Assembly: GCA_964404925.1 (NCBI GenBank)
Contig: CAYOLW010000003.1
Span: 575 to 64,574, forward strand
DNA: 64,000 nt
Reading direction: 5' to 3'
DNA from: an uncultured Candidatus Saccharibacteria bacterium
GTDB taxonomy: Bacteria > Patescibacteriota > Minisyncoccia > Phycocordibacterales > UBA9973
The translations under genes and the position numbers were made by a program. A model generated the notes under the pieces. The model ran no database searches and had not been told where the DNA came from. It saw only the letters and a program-made list of their open reading frames with translations. Positions 19,267 through 28,550 of this stretch are shown one piece after another (the first letter of the stretch is position 1; every line of letters starts with the position of its first letter).

Positions 19267-19881
19267 TTAATGCAGTTTAAAACTAGCAGTTTTTTCACGA
19301 ATCTCTTCTTTCATTTTTAAATACTTTTCATACACATCTGGTCGAGTGACCCGCAAACACTCTGCCACCTTGCCTGGAATTTTATTTACAACGTCTAGCC
19401 CGTAATGTTTAGCAAATTTTATTATTTTTTGTTCAGCAGTATTTATCTTTTTTTCATTTTTTACCTTTAGCTCTATTTCACATACAGTGTGCCCAAAATC
19501 TGTTTCATCAATATCTATAATAAAACCTTTTTTATGGTACTTAAATCTTTTTGTTTTTATAATGCATAATTCTTTCATATATTCAGACACAAGAACCTCC
19601 AAATCAGCACCTTCTGGAAAATTTAAATGCTCCAATATCCTTGGCACATCTTCTATCTCTTCATAATATGAATTTTCTGTGTTTTCTGGATTTTGCTTCT
19701 TTATTTTAAGTTCCCATGTATCGTTGCGTTTTCGGAGACGGCAACCTTTTTTTGTAAAATCAAAATCTGGAGTATCATAATAATAGTCCGTATGCTCTTT
19801 AAAGCCATCAGAGCGAGCACCTTTTAAAAGCGCATTTAATTGTTCAGTTGTGGGCTTAAATTTCTTTTCTACTTCAATCAT
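19267..19881 (-). CDS. CYTH (triphosphate tunnel) domain protein
   Basis: EVEKKF, DYYYD, LRKR, ELK, EIE motifs. Confidence 0.85.
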   Translation of the reverse strand: MIEVEKKFKPTTEQLNALLKGARSDGFKEHTDYYYDTPDFDFTKKGCRLRKRNDTWELKIKKQNPENTENSYYEEIEDVPRILEHLNFPEGADLEVLVSEYMKELCIIKTKRFKYHKKGFIIDIDETDFGHTVCEIELKVKNEKKINTAEQKIIKFAKHYGLDVVNKIPGKVAECLRVTRPDVYEKYLKMKEEIREKTASFKLH

Positions 19882-20459
19882 ATTTTTTTATTTCTTCTTC
19901 TAAAAGAGATTATACTAATTTCTATAGAATTACCAACAATGAGATAGAAACCGAATCCGGCCGTCAAGAAAGTAAGTTCGGGTAGAACCAATAATCCTAA
20001 AATATAGTTAAATATACCAATACCGTACGGCCAAGGATTTTCGGTTTCTGGATTTTTCCAAGACTTAATATATGTAGGTACATATGCAATACCGTCAGCC
20101 AAAATAGCAAAAATTACTGCTAGCACTCCTTCGTGCCAAATAAACCAACACGCTAAGGCGCTTAGAGACAACGCAAGGCAAAGGTAATCAATTTTGGAAA
20201 GTTTCCAAAATGAGTTTTTATAAAACAGAGAAAATACAAGCACCAACAATGGGCCAAATCCAGCAAGAAAAACAGGTAAAATCGCTACCCCAGCCCCACT
20301 AACAAAACCGACCAACGAAGCCACCATCGGTGCCAAAAACCACATAAACCAAGAAGCCAGATTGGGTCTGGTGTTCCCTTTCACGATACTACGAATATAA
20401 GAAAATATTCCAATAAGAGATGTAAATAGGGTTATATAAATAACGTAGGTCGGTAGCAT
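19878..20459 (-). CDS. Conserved multi-pass membrane protein (PQ-loop/SWEET-like hypothetical)
   Basis: Y..SI.KG.TRPN..SW..W and PT..KSW.NPETE..W; about 6-7 TM segments. Confidence 0.65.
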   Translation of the reverse strand: MLPTYVIYITLFTSLIGIFSYIRSIVKGNTRPNLASWFMWFLAPMVASLVGFVSGAGVAILPVFLAGFGPLLVLVFSLFYKNSFWKLSKIDYLCLALSLSALACWFIWHEGVLAVIFAILADGIAYVPTYIKSWKNPETENPWPYGIGIFNYILGLLVLPELTFLTAGFGFYLIVGNSIEISIISFRRRNKKI

Positions 20460-21635
20460 TTATTTAGAACGCAAAACTTTATCAATCTTTTTGGCAATTG
20501 TGATCATATCTTTTTCCTTTTTATTTCGAGTTGTTTCTGCACAAGTACCTAATCGGATACCAGATGGGTCCATAGGCCCACGAGGGTCACCCGGAATAGT
20601 ATTCATATTTACTATTATCCCCGCCTTCTCAAGCTTCTCACTAGCAATTTTGCCTGGCACTCCAACACCGTTCATCCATGTGTCCATTAGTAAGAGGTGT
20701 GAATCTGTACCACCGGATACAATACGCCAACCAAGCTTTTGTAATTCACTGGATAAAGCTTTTGCATTTTTTACAACTTGTTTTGCATACTTTTTAAAAG
20801 CAGGGGTAGATGCTTCTTTAAGTGCCACAGCCACAGCAGCAATTGTGTTCTCGTGTGGTCCGCCAAACAGTCCGGGTATTACAGCTTTGTCTAATTTTTT
20901 ATCAAATTCTCTACTGTCTTTTTTTACAAAAAGTAGTGCATGCCGTGGACCACGGAGAGATTTGTGAGTAGTGGTCATAACAGAGTCTGCATACGGAAAT
21001 GGTGATGGATATTCTAGACCAGCTACCAACCCCGCAAAGTGTGACATGTCTACATGCAATATTGCCCCACATGCGTCTGCAATCTCGCGAAACTTTTTAA
21101 AATTAACAATACGAGGATATGCAGTAAACCCAGCAACGATTAACTTTGGTTTTTCGGCTATGGCCAATTGCTTCAATGCTTCGTAATCAATTTCTTCGTT
21201 CTCAACAGTTATTTCAAACTGGGCAGAATTCCATAGTTTACCAGTCAGTGATGCAGGGTATCCGTGAGTTAGATGTCCACCGGAAGAAAGCTTCATCCCC
21301 ATTATTTTCTCCCCAATTGGCACGAGCGCAGTATATAAAGCAAAGTTCGCCGGGGAGCCAGAAAGCAACTGTACATTCACATGCCAATCCCCCTCCTTCA
21401 ATTTAAAAAGTTTTAAAGCTCGATCAATACACAGAGTCTCTACCTGGTCTATTATTTTATTACCCCCATAGTATCTCCTACCTGGATAACCCTCGGCATA
21501 TTTGTTAGTAAGTTCACTACCTAATGCAGCTAGTACGTCTTTGGAAACATAGTTCTCTGAAGCTATTAAATTAATAACACTTTTCTGCCGTGTCGCCTCT
21601 CCTTTAATTAGTTTTTCTATTTGTTTATCTTTCAT
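20460..21635 (-). CDS. glyA: Serine hydroxymethyltransferase
   Basis: LIASEN, NKYAEGYPGRRYYGG, GGHLTHG, TTTHKSLRGPR. Confidence 0.97.
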   Translation of the reverse strand: MKDKQIEKLIKGEATRQKSVINLIASENYVSKDVLAALGSELTNKYAEGYPGRRYYGGNKIIDQVETLCIDRALKLFKLKEGDWHVNVQLLSGSPANFALYTALVPIGEKIMGMKLSSGGHLTHGYPASLTGKLWNSAQFEITVENEEIDYEALKQLAIAEKPKLIVAGFTAYPRIVNFKKFREIADACGAILHVDMSHFAGLVAGLEYPSPFPYADSVMTTTHKSLRGPRHALLFVKKDSREFDKKLDKAVIPGLFGGPHENTIAAVAVALKEASTPAFKKYAKQVVKNAKALSSELQKLGWRIVSGGTDSHLLLMDTWMNGVGVPGKIASEKLEKAGIIVNMNTIPGDPRGPMDPSGIRLGTCAETTRNKKEKDMITIAKKIDKVLRSK

Positions 21636-22495
21636 TTTTGCTTGCATGCACCCATTGTATCACAGTTAAGTACTATGGTTCCAAGCAGGTCTGTACGGAA
21701 TATTTGAACACCCAATTTGGCTAATGTATCCAGTGTTTCCTTATGCGGATGTCCATATTTATTGGATTTACCACTAGAAATCAAAGAATATTTAGGCCTC
21801 ACAGCATTCACAAATTCTGGTGAAGTAGAAGTATTTGACCCATGGTGTCCAACTTTTAGAATCATACTTTGCAAATTGTTTGGATGGGTTTGAGACAATA
21901 CTAACCTCTCAGTGTACTTTGTCGCATCACCGGTGAGCATGATTTTGGTATCACCGTATACAAGTCTCGCCACCACTGAACCATCGTTCGGCGACCAGTC
22001 CGTAACATCCCGATCCGGAAACAAAAATTCTATATACGCCCCACCACCTATATCTACACTCATTCCCTTGCGAACGAGAATATCCGGAATGTTTTTATTT
22101 TTAATAAAAGATTCTAAGTTTTTATAAGTAGAAGAAGGATTAATTGTGCCTGATTCAAAAACAGTATTTATTTTGTACATTTTCAAGACATCTAAAAACC
22201 CAGAGATGTGGTCTGCATCGGGGTTGGTTATAACCACCGCATCAATAGTACGATCCCAAAACGGCATTACTTTAGGAAGTTCACGCAATATTGTATTTCC
22301 CGGACCTGCATCAAAAAGTATCTGAGTACCCGATGGGGATTCTATAAAAATCGCATCTCCCTGCCCTATATCAAGGGCAGCAATAGTGATTTCTTTATTT
22401 TGAGAATTGAAATCAACGTATATTAAGCAGGCAACCAGCATGAAGAGAAAAGCTGCAAAATAGAATAGCAAAAAGTCTTTATGCTTAAACTGCAT
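21632..22495 (-). CDS. ComEC C-terminal metallo-beta-lactamase domain protein (stand-alone)
   Basis: LDIGQGDA, TNPDADHI, N..S.V, LTGD, LKVGHHGS, N.YGHP. Confidence 0.9.
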   Translation of the reverse strand: MQFKHKDFLLFYFAAFLFMLVACLIYVDFNSQNKEITIAALDIGQGDAIFIESPSGTQILFDAGPGNTILRELPKVMPFWDRTIDAVVITNPDADHISGFLDVLKMYKINTVFESGTINPSSTYKNLESFIKNKNIPDILVRKGMSVDIGGGAYIEFLFPDRDVTDWSPNDGSVVARLVYGDTKIMLTGDATKYTERLVLSQTHPNNLQSMILKVGHHGSNTSTSPEFVNAVRPKYSLISSGKSNKYGHPHKETLDTLAKLGVQIFRTDLLGTIVLNCDTMGACKQK

Positions 22496-22512
22496 GATAT
22501 AATGTTAGCATT

Positions 22513-23130
22513 ATGCAAAACTTCACACAAAAAACATTTAACCTGCCTACCGGACAGGCAGGCATTAATGAGCTTTCAGGTATATCAGCTCAAAACATTG
22601 AGGAACATTTAAAACTGTACGCTGGATATGTTAAAAACGCGAACTTTATTCAAGAAAAAGTAGCCGAACTCATGCACGATGCAGATAATAATGCATACAT
22701 ATTAGGAGAACTTGAGCGCCGGTTTTCTTTTGAATTCAATGGCATGCGCAATCATGAATACTACTTTACCTCACTCGAAGGCGGACCAAGCACTCTCGCA
22801 AACGACTCAAAATTAAAGCAAAAAATTGAAACACAGTTTGGAACATTTGATGCATGGCTCGACGGATATAAAAGGCTAGCCATGACTCGCGGAGTCGGCT
22901 GGGCAATGCTGTACTATGATAAACACACAGACAAATTAGTCCATGCATGGGTAGACGAGCAACATCTAGGCCAGCTCAATGGCTGCCAAGTAATCCTCGC
23001 CCTCGACATGTGGGAACACGCTTATGTGTACGACTACCCTACTAGTGAAAAAAAGAAGTATGTAGAAACTTTCTTTCAAAATTTGAATTGGAATATTATA
23101 GAAAATAACTTCCTAGAAGCCACAAAATAA
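22513..23130 (+). CDS. Fe/Mn superoxide dismutase family protein
   Basis: EEHLKLY.GYV, NHEYYF, FGTFD.W, GVGW, LDMWEHAY metal ligands. Confidence 0.9.
   Translation: MQNFTQKTFNLPTGQAGINELSGISAQNIEEHLKLYAGYVKNANFIQEKVAELMHDADNNAYILGELERRFSFEFNGMRNHEYYFTSLEGGPSTLANDSKLKQKIETQFGTFDAWLDGYKRLAMTRGVGWAMLYYDKHTDKLVHAWVDEQHLGQLNGCQVILALDMWEHAYVYDYPTSEKKKYVETFFQNLNWNIIENNFLEATK
22542..22562. repeat. 21-nt hairpin inserted in-frame at the SOD N-terminus (LPTGQAG)
   Basis: cctgcct-accggac-aggcagg perfect 7-bp stem; GC-rich island in AT-rich context. Confidence 0.65.
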
Positions 23131-23167
23131 AAAACGGGTTATGCTTGTATTGCAAAGCATAACCCGT
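23129..23167 (-). terminator. Intrinsic terminator of the icd-acn transcript (convergent with sod)
   Basis: acgggttatgctt-gtattgca-aagcataacccgt 13-bp stem with U-run on the minus strand. Confidence 0.8.
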
Positions 23168-23193
23168 GTGTCACTGTTTTAAACAAAAAATCC

Positions 23194-25452
23194 TTACTTT
23201 ACGTTGAGAGCAGAACCGGCACGTAGCCATTCAATTTGGCTTGCGTTATAGGTGTTTACTAATTTAATTATCTCGTACATACCATCTGCATGATCAAGGC
23301 GCAGATAAATCGGTATGTCTGGCATTAAAGTTTCAAAACCTATCAAACTCACTTTGTCATCCTGTCTAATTTCGTCATAGTCGCTAGGATCATCGAAAGT
23401 GAAAGCAAAAATACCTTGCTTCTTCAGGTTGGTCAGGTGTATGCGAGCAAATGATTTCGCAACTACCACCTTCACTCCCATATAGCGCGGCTCCATAGCA
23501 GCATGTTCACGACTACTTCCCTCACCCAGGTTTTCTTCGGCAAAAACAATTGTGCCGATACTATTATCTTGGTAAATTGAAGCACTTTCGTGAACTGTCC
23601 TATAATCCCCAGTGACAGCATTCCATACATTATTCTTTTCACCGTTGAAAAAGTTTTCCGCTCCCATATACAAGTTGCGGGAAATATTTGCAAGGTGTCC
23701 CCGGTATTTTAACCATGGACCGGCCATAGAAATGTGGTCTGTGGTGCATTTACCTTTGGCTTTAATCAATACATGCATGTCTGTGAGATCAGCAGCCGTA
23801 ATAGGCTTGAACGGTTCAAGTAACTGCAATCTTTCTGAAGCCAAATCAACAAACACATCAACCTTTGAACCATCTTTTGCAGGTGCAATGTAACCACGTT
23901 CACCCACATCAAATCCATCATCAGGTAATTCAATTCCTTCTGGTGCACTAAAGCAACGCCAATTGCCATCAATGAAAAATTCAAGAGTTCCCTGCTGGTG
24001 ATCATACTTGAATTTAGACAAATCACCCGCTAAAGCAAAGGCTGTCACTATTTCAGGGCTGGCTACAAATGCATGTGTCTTTGGATTACCATCATTACGC
24101 GAAGTAAAGTTTCGATTGAAACTTGTCATTATTGAATTTGGACGTTCTTTATCATCAATATGCCGCGACCATTGTCCAATACACGGGCCGCAAGCATTGG
24201 ACAGCACTACGCCGCCAATTTTTTCAAAATCACGCAATATGCCATCTCGTTCGGCCGTATACCGAATCTGTTCAGAACCCGGGGTAACAGTGAACTCAGA
24301 GATAAAACTCAATCCTTTTTCATGCGCCTGCCAGACTACATCTACCGCTCGGGTCAAATCTTCGTATGAAGAGTTGGTGCATGATCCGATAAGCCCCACT
24401 TCCAATTTTACTGGCCAGTTATTTTCTTCAACTGCAGCGGCAAATTTCGAAAGTGGCCAAGCCAAATCTGGTGTGAACGGACCATTAATGTGAGGCTCAA
24501 GTTCAGAAAGATTTATTTCAATTACCTGATCAAAGTATTGTTCTGGGTTTGCATAACATTCGGAATCTCCATTTAGGTACGGAACTAAACCTTTGCATAT
24601 ATTGGCAACTTTCTCACGACCAGTGGCTCGCAGATAACGGTCCATACTTTTGTCATACCCAAAGGTAGATGTTGTGGCACCAATCTCTGCACCCATATTG
24701 CATATTGTGGCTTTACCAGTTGCACTGATATTGTGTACGCCAGATCCGAAATATTCCACAATACAATCCGTGCCACCTTTGACGGTCAGAATGCCTGCCA
24801 AATGCAAAATTACATCTTTCGGCGAAGTCCAACCATGAAGTTTACCGGTAAGTTTTACCCCAATCAATTTAGGCATTTGTAATTCCCATGGCATTGCAGT
24901 CATGACATCCACCGCGTCAGCACCACCAACACCAATAGCAATCATGCCAAGGCCGCCAGCGTTAACTGTGTGCGAGTCTGTTCCGATCATCATACCACCA
25001 GGGAAGGCGTAATTTTCTAATACAATCTGGTGAATAATACCAGATCCAGGTTTCCAGAATCCGATGCCATATTTTTGTGATACAGATTGCAAGAAATCAA
25101 ATACTTCCTTGTTTTTGTTCAAAGCATTTGGTAAATCTTCAGTGGCTCCTTTTTCTGCCTGAATCAGGTGATCGCAGTGAACCGTGCTGGGCACAGCCAC
25201 CTTTTTACGGCCGCAGGTCATGAATTGCAATAGCGCCATTTGCGCTGTTGCATCTTGCATGGCCACACGGTCAGGTGAAAAAAACACGTAATCCCTTCCA
25301 CGCTGGTAATCAGTGACCGAGTTATCGGGATGCAAATGGGCGTAGAGGATTTTTTCAGTAAGGGTCAGAGGTCGCTTGAGTTGTTTTTTTGCGGCATCTA
25401 CACGAGTCTGAAAAGTCGAATAGAATCCTTTGATCATTTTAATGTCGAACAT
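23194..25452 (-). CDS. Aconitate hydratase (mitochondrial/Bacteroidota-type)
   Basis: [43 protein letters not shown] (three Fe-S Cys), TTDHIS, GSSREHA. Confidence 0.95.
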   Translation of the reverse strand: MFDIKMIKGFYSTFQTRVDAAKKQLKRPLTLTEKILYAHLHPDNSVTDYQRGRDYVFFSPDRVAMQDATAQMALLQFMTCGRKKVAVPSTVHCDHLIQAEKGATEDLPNALNKNKEVFDFLQSVSQKYGIGFWKPGSGIIHQIVLENYAFPGGMMIGTDSHTVNAGGLGMIAIGVGGADAVDVMTAMPWELQMPKLIGVKLTGKLHGWTSPKDVILHLAGILTVKGGTDCIVEYFGSGVHNISATGKATICNMGAEIGATTSTFGYDKSMDRYLRATGREKVANICKGLVPYLNGDSECYANPEQYFDQVIEINLSELEPHINGPFTPDLAWPLSKFAAAVEENNWPVKLEVGLIGSCTNSSYEDLTRAVDVVWQAHEKGLSFISEFTVTPGSEQIRYTAERDGILRDFEKIGGVVLSNACGPCIGQWSRHIDDKERPNSIMTSFNRNFTSRNDGNPKTHAFVASPEIVTAFALAGDLSKFKYDHQQGTLEFFIDGNWRCFSAPEGIELPDDGFDVGERGYIAPAKDGSKVDVFVDLASERLQLLEPFKPITAADLTDMHVLIKAKGKCTTDHISMAGPWLKYRGHLANISRNLYMGAENFFNGEKNNVWNAVTGDYRTVHESASIYQDNSIGTIVFAEENLGEGSSREHAAMEPRYMGVKVVVAKSFARIHLTNLKKQGIFAFTFDDPSDYDEIRQDDKVSLIGFETLMPDIPIYLRLDHADGMYEIIKLVNTYNASQIEWLRAGSALNVK

Positions 25453-25538
25453 AATCAATGAGTTGAAATTAGAAATGAAAAGAAAGCGTTATGCGTCCAG
25501 GCCACGCCGCTTTCTAGGGTCAATGCCTGTTAATCTTT

Positions 25539-26624
25539 TTATACTTCAATCAAGTATTCTGAGCGTTCTGCTACATACTGAATCATTCTTTCTGTGTCAC
25601 GCTCTGCTGAATCTGTATCATTAAGATAGTCCAGGGTTGCAGCACGAACAAAACCAAAAAAGTCTTTTTGTTCAGGATTAACTTGCTCAAAAGCACTACA
25701 CATAGCAAAGATGATTCCTGCAGGATTCAAAAACTTGTCACCGTAAAGAGGCCCTACTGTTTTACCGTCGGCAGTACCACCTGGCAACTCCTCATAGGTA
25801 AACCAACCTTCGTCCGACATGCAGTACACAGTGCTTCCCATTACACGATTTCCGTGTTGAATATCAACAATGTCGGAAGCAGTGTCGCCATTCGGGTTGT
25901 CGCAGACCATAAGGAATCCACCTTTTGCATAAACACTTTCTCCATCACCATTTTGAATAGGTAATGAAGCCAAAGCGATATCAGTAAGTTCGTGATGCCA
26001 CGTGTCATCACTCCATAAATCTTTGGCAGTGATTTCCGTTAAACCAAGTTCACGCCAAACATTTTCGATCGTTTCGCGAAAGGTAAGTTCAGACTTAGCA
26101 ATTGTGCTTTTACTAGCCAATACAAGGTGTAAACCTTTTTCCTGAGCAATTTTATAAGCAAGCCGGGCAAATTCTTCGAGCTTAGTCAGGTTCATTCTCT
26201 GGGTAATAATCAAGTTTTTCTCATTACCAGATTGAACATCTGCACTAAGTTCCTCATAAAATCCTCCGCTAGCGAAACGCAAGACACCGCAAGGGTTTTG
26301 ATAACGCCCAGGGCCCTGCAAAAAACGCAGCATTGCAAAAGCATTCGCCAGAGGCCTCATTGCGATATTTGCACTTTTCCAACCTTTGGCTTTGATTAGC
26401 GGGTCATTTGAAGCGGTCGAATTTTTGAAACCTGCGCCACATTTACGGAGGGCAGCAACGGCTGAGGTAATGCAATCATCGTTGGTTTCGAGTCGAGCGG
26501 CAACAGACATAGGCACATCTACAGTCGGAAAACTTTTAAAAATAATTTCCCGAACCATCTGTGCACCACGTGCAACGCCACCGTCACCGTTGAGGAATGC
26601 GATTGGTTTGAGTTCTTTTTTCAT
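25539..26624 (-). CDS. Divergent isocitrate/isopropylmalate dehydrogenase family protein (ICDH-like)
   Basis: NGDG, WKSAN..MR, R..R, GFY (Tyr), ASKSTI (Lys), D..NGDTASD, NPAGIIFA align with type II ICDH; co-oriented upstream of aconitase. Confidence 0.8.
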   Translation of the reverse strand: MKKELKPIAFLNGDGGVARGAQMVREIIFKSFPTVDVPMSVAARLETNDDCITSAVAALRKCGAGFKNSTASNDPLIKAKGWKSANIAMRPLANAFAMLRFLQGPGRYQNPCGVLRFASGGFYEELSADVQSGNEKNLIITQRMNLTKLEEFARLAYKIAQEKGLHLVLASKSTIAKSELTFRETIENVWRELGLTEITAKDLWSDDTWHHELTDIALASLPIQNGDGESVYAKGGFLMVCDNPNGDTASDIVDIQHGNRVMGSTVYCMSDEGWFTYEELPGGTADGKTVGPLYGDKFLNPAGIIFAMCSAFEQVNPEQKDFFGFVRAATLDYLNDTDSAERDTERMIQYVAERSEYLIEV

Positions 26625-26747
26625 AATCGTTAAAGTTGAGTGAATGAAAAATGAGTTTCGTAAGGATTTCAAAGAGCAAAGGAGTCTTTTAAAAATCCTT
26701 AATCTGGACATGATATTACAATAAAATCACAGAAAAACAAGGGACGT

Positions 26748-28082
26748 CTACCAAACTATTTCTTCTTCTTTTTTAAAAGAATTTTGAATATCTCTATAGA
26801 AAAGCCTATAAGCAAACCAGGTATAAATTAATATAACCAAAACAAGTGGAAACCGAGATATGGCAATAGAGGCAAATGGTAAAATCGCAAATTTTTCGAT
26901 AATAAAAAGCTCATAGGCAAGCAGCTGACCAGTAACATACCCAGGCACGACAGAAATAATTGGATAGATTATCCCAGCAAATCCAGTTATGAATCCAAGC
27001 AGCATAGTAATCGGTATTAAAGGCAGAACAAGGAAATTCGCCGGCAAGGCAACGAGTGACAGGTTCCCCATTTTATACAATATAAATGGTAGCATGAATA
27101 CATAGACAGTGGTGGTAACATTGATAATATCCCTAAGGCCGAATTTAGTTGGCACCCAGTAGAAATATTTGATAGTTTTTGGAGTTATATAAATCACGGC
27201 AAAGGTTGCAAGGAACGAAAACTGAAAAGATACATCGTATAGTAGTATCATTGGATTCCAAATAATCATTATTACTCCAGCGAGGACCAACCCTCGCCCG
27301 GCTTCATACATACGGCCTGTTTTACGTGCAACAAGTGCGAGCACTGCCATAATGCCCGCGCGTATACCAGTGGATGCACCACCAGTCATAATGATAAAAA
27401 ATAAAATTCCAAATATGCCGAAGTAAATACTAGACGCTCCAGTAAATGCAAATAAACTCATAATCCACTCTGCTACGATGGTGACGTTGTACCCAGAAAG
27501 TGCCACTATGTGTATTGTACCCGTACGAATAAAAGCATCATTTAATTCCTGTGAGAAATTAGACTTCTCCCCTAGTATGAGGCCAGCTAATAAATATGAT
27601 TCTGGAGGATTAATGGCGAAATTAATTTTATCTAAGAAAAAATTTTTAACTTTAAATAAATACTTCTTAATCCAGAATCCATGATTTTTAGAAATCACTT
27701 CTACTTTGGCGAAGCTTACAGTATAGAGGACGTTGTCTTTCTTTAAATAATTTATATAATCAAATTCTTTTCCCTGATCGGTGATGAAGTTTTCTGCTTT
27801 TTTGAGAGTACCTATAACCTCAACTTCATCCCCATATTCTATTCCGTTATTTACTGTAGTAACTAAAATATTAAATTCTTTTTCTGCTTTGATACTAACT
27901 AAAAACCGATTATTAGTGTTCCTAATACTCGGTGCGTCAGTAACTATACCAGATAATTTTACCTTTTCATCTACATGTGATTCAAAGGCTTGAGGCGGGG
28001 TGAGATCTAAAAAATAAAATCTAATCCCCCATACAGCAAGGCCAGCAACAAGAATAAATAATGTGCTATTGCGAAATTTCAT
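26748..28082 (-). CDS. comEC: ComEC/Rec2 competence channel (OB + competence domain, no MBL domain)
   Basis: G..HIVALSGYN, RAGIM, NP..L.YDVSFQFSF, AN. Confidence 0.92.
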   Translation of the reverse strand: MKFRNSTLFILVAGLAVWGIRFYFLDLTPPQAFESHVDEKVKLSGIVTDAPSIRNTNNRFLVSIKAEKEFNILVTTVNNGIEYGDEVEVIGTLKKAENFITDQGKEFDYINYLKKDNVLYTVSFAKVEVISKNHGFWIKKYLFKVKNFFLDKINFAINPPESYLLAGLILGEKSNFSQELNDAFIRTGTIHIVALSGYNVTIVAEWIMSLFAFTGASSIYFGIFGILFFIIMTGGASTGIRAGIMAVLALVARKTGRMYEAGRGLVLAGVIMIIWNPMILLYDVSFQFSFLATFAVIYITPKTIKYFYWVPTKFGLRDIINVTTTVYVFMLPFILYKMGNLSLVALPANFLVLPLIPITMLLGFITGFAGIIYPIISVVPGYVTGQLLAYELFIIEKFAILPFASIAISRFPLVLVILIYTWFAYRLFYRDIQNSFKKEEEIVW

Positions 28083-28542
28083 TCCTTAAATCTACTGGAT
28101 CTTGGTCGGCAAAGCTGGTAGCAATAAGGTCAACTCTGTCATTCCATTCGTGCCCGCTGTGTCCGGCAACGTAGAACCATTTTGGTTTTAATTCTTGATT
28201 AAGTTTATGTAATTCCTGCCAAAGTTCTTGATTAAGTACCGGCTTTTTAGCAGCAGTCCGCCAGCCATTTTTAATCCAATTATGAATCCATTCATTCACA
28301 CCATTAATCACGTACTTAGAATCAGAATGAATTTCTATCTCTCCTATAATCTTATTTTTTATCAAAAATTCCATCGCTTTAATCGGCGCCGTAAGCTCCA
28401 TGATGTTGTTTGTCGAATGGTCCGCTCGTCCACCAAGCTCAGTACATTTACCGCCTAAACAAATAGCCACCCCCCAACCCGAAGGGCCAGGATTCCCCCT
28501 CGCTGCACCGTCTGTATATATTATTATCTTATTCTGATTCAT
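28066..28542 (-). CDS. rnhA: Ribonuclease HI
   Basis: YTDGA..GNPG, TNNIMEL, DSKYV, W..NGW, N.ELW, GHSG..WN.RVD. Confidence 0.95.
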   Translation of the reverse strand: MNQNKIIIYTDGAARGNPGPSGWGVAICLGGKCTELGGRADHSTNNIMELTAPIKAMEFLIKNKIIGEIEIHSDSKYVINGVNEWIHNWIKNGWRTAAKKPVLNQELWQELHKLNQELKPKWFYVAGHSGHEWNDRVDLIATSFADQDPVDLRNEISQ

Positions 28543-28550
28543 TTCAATTA

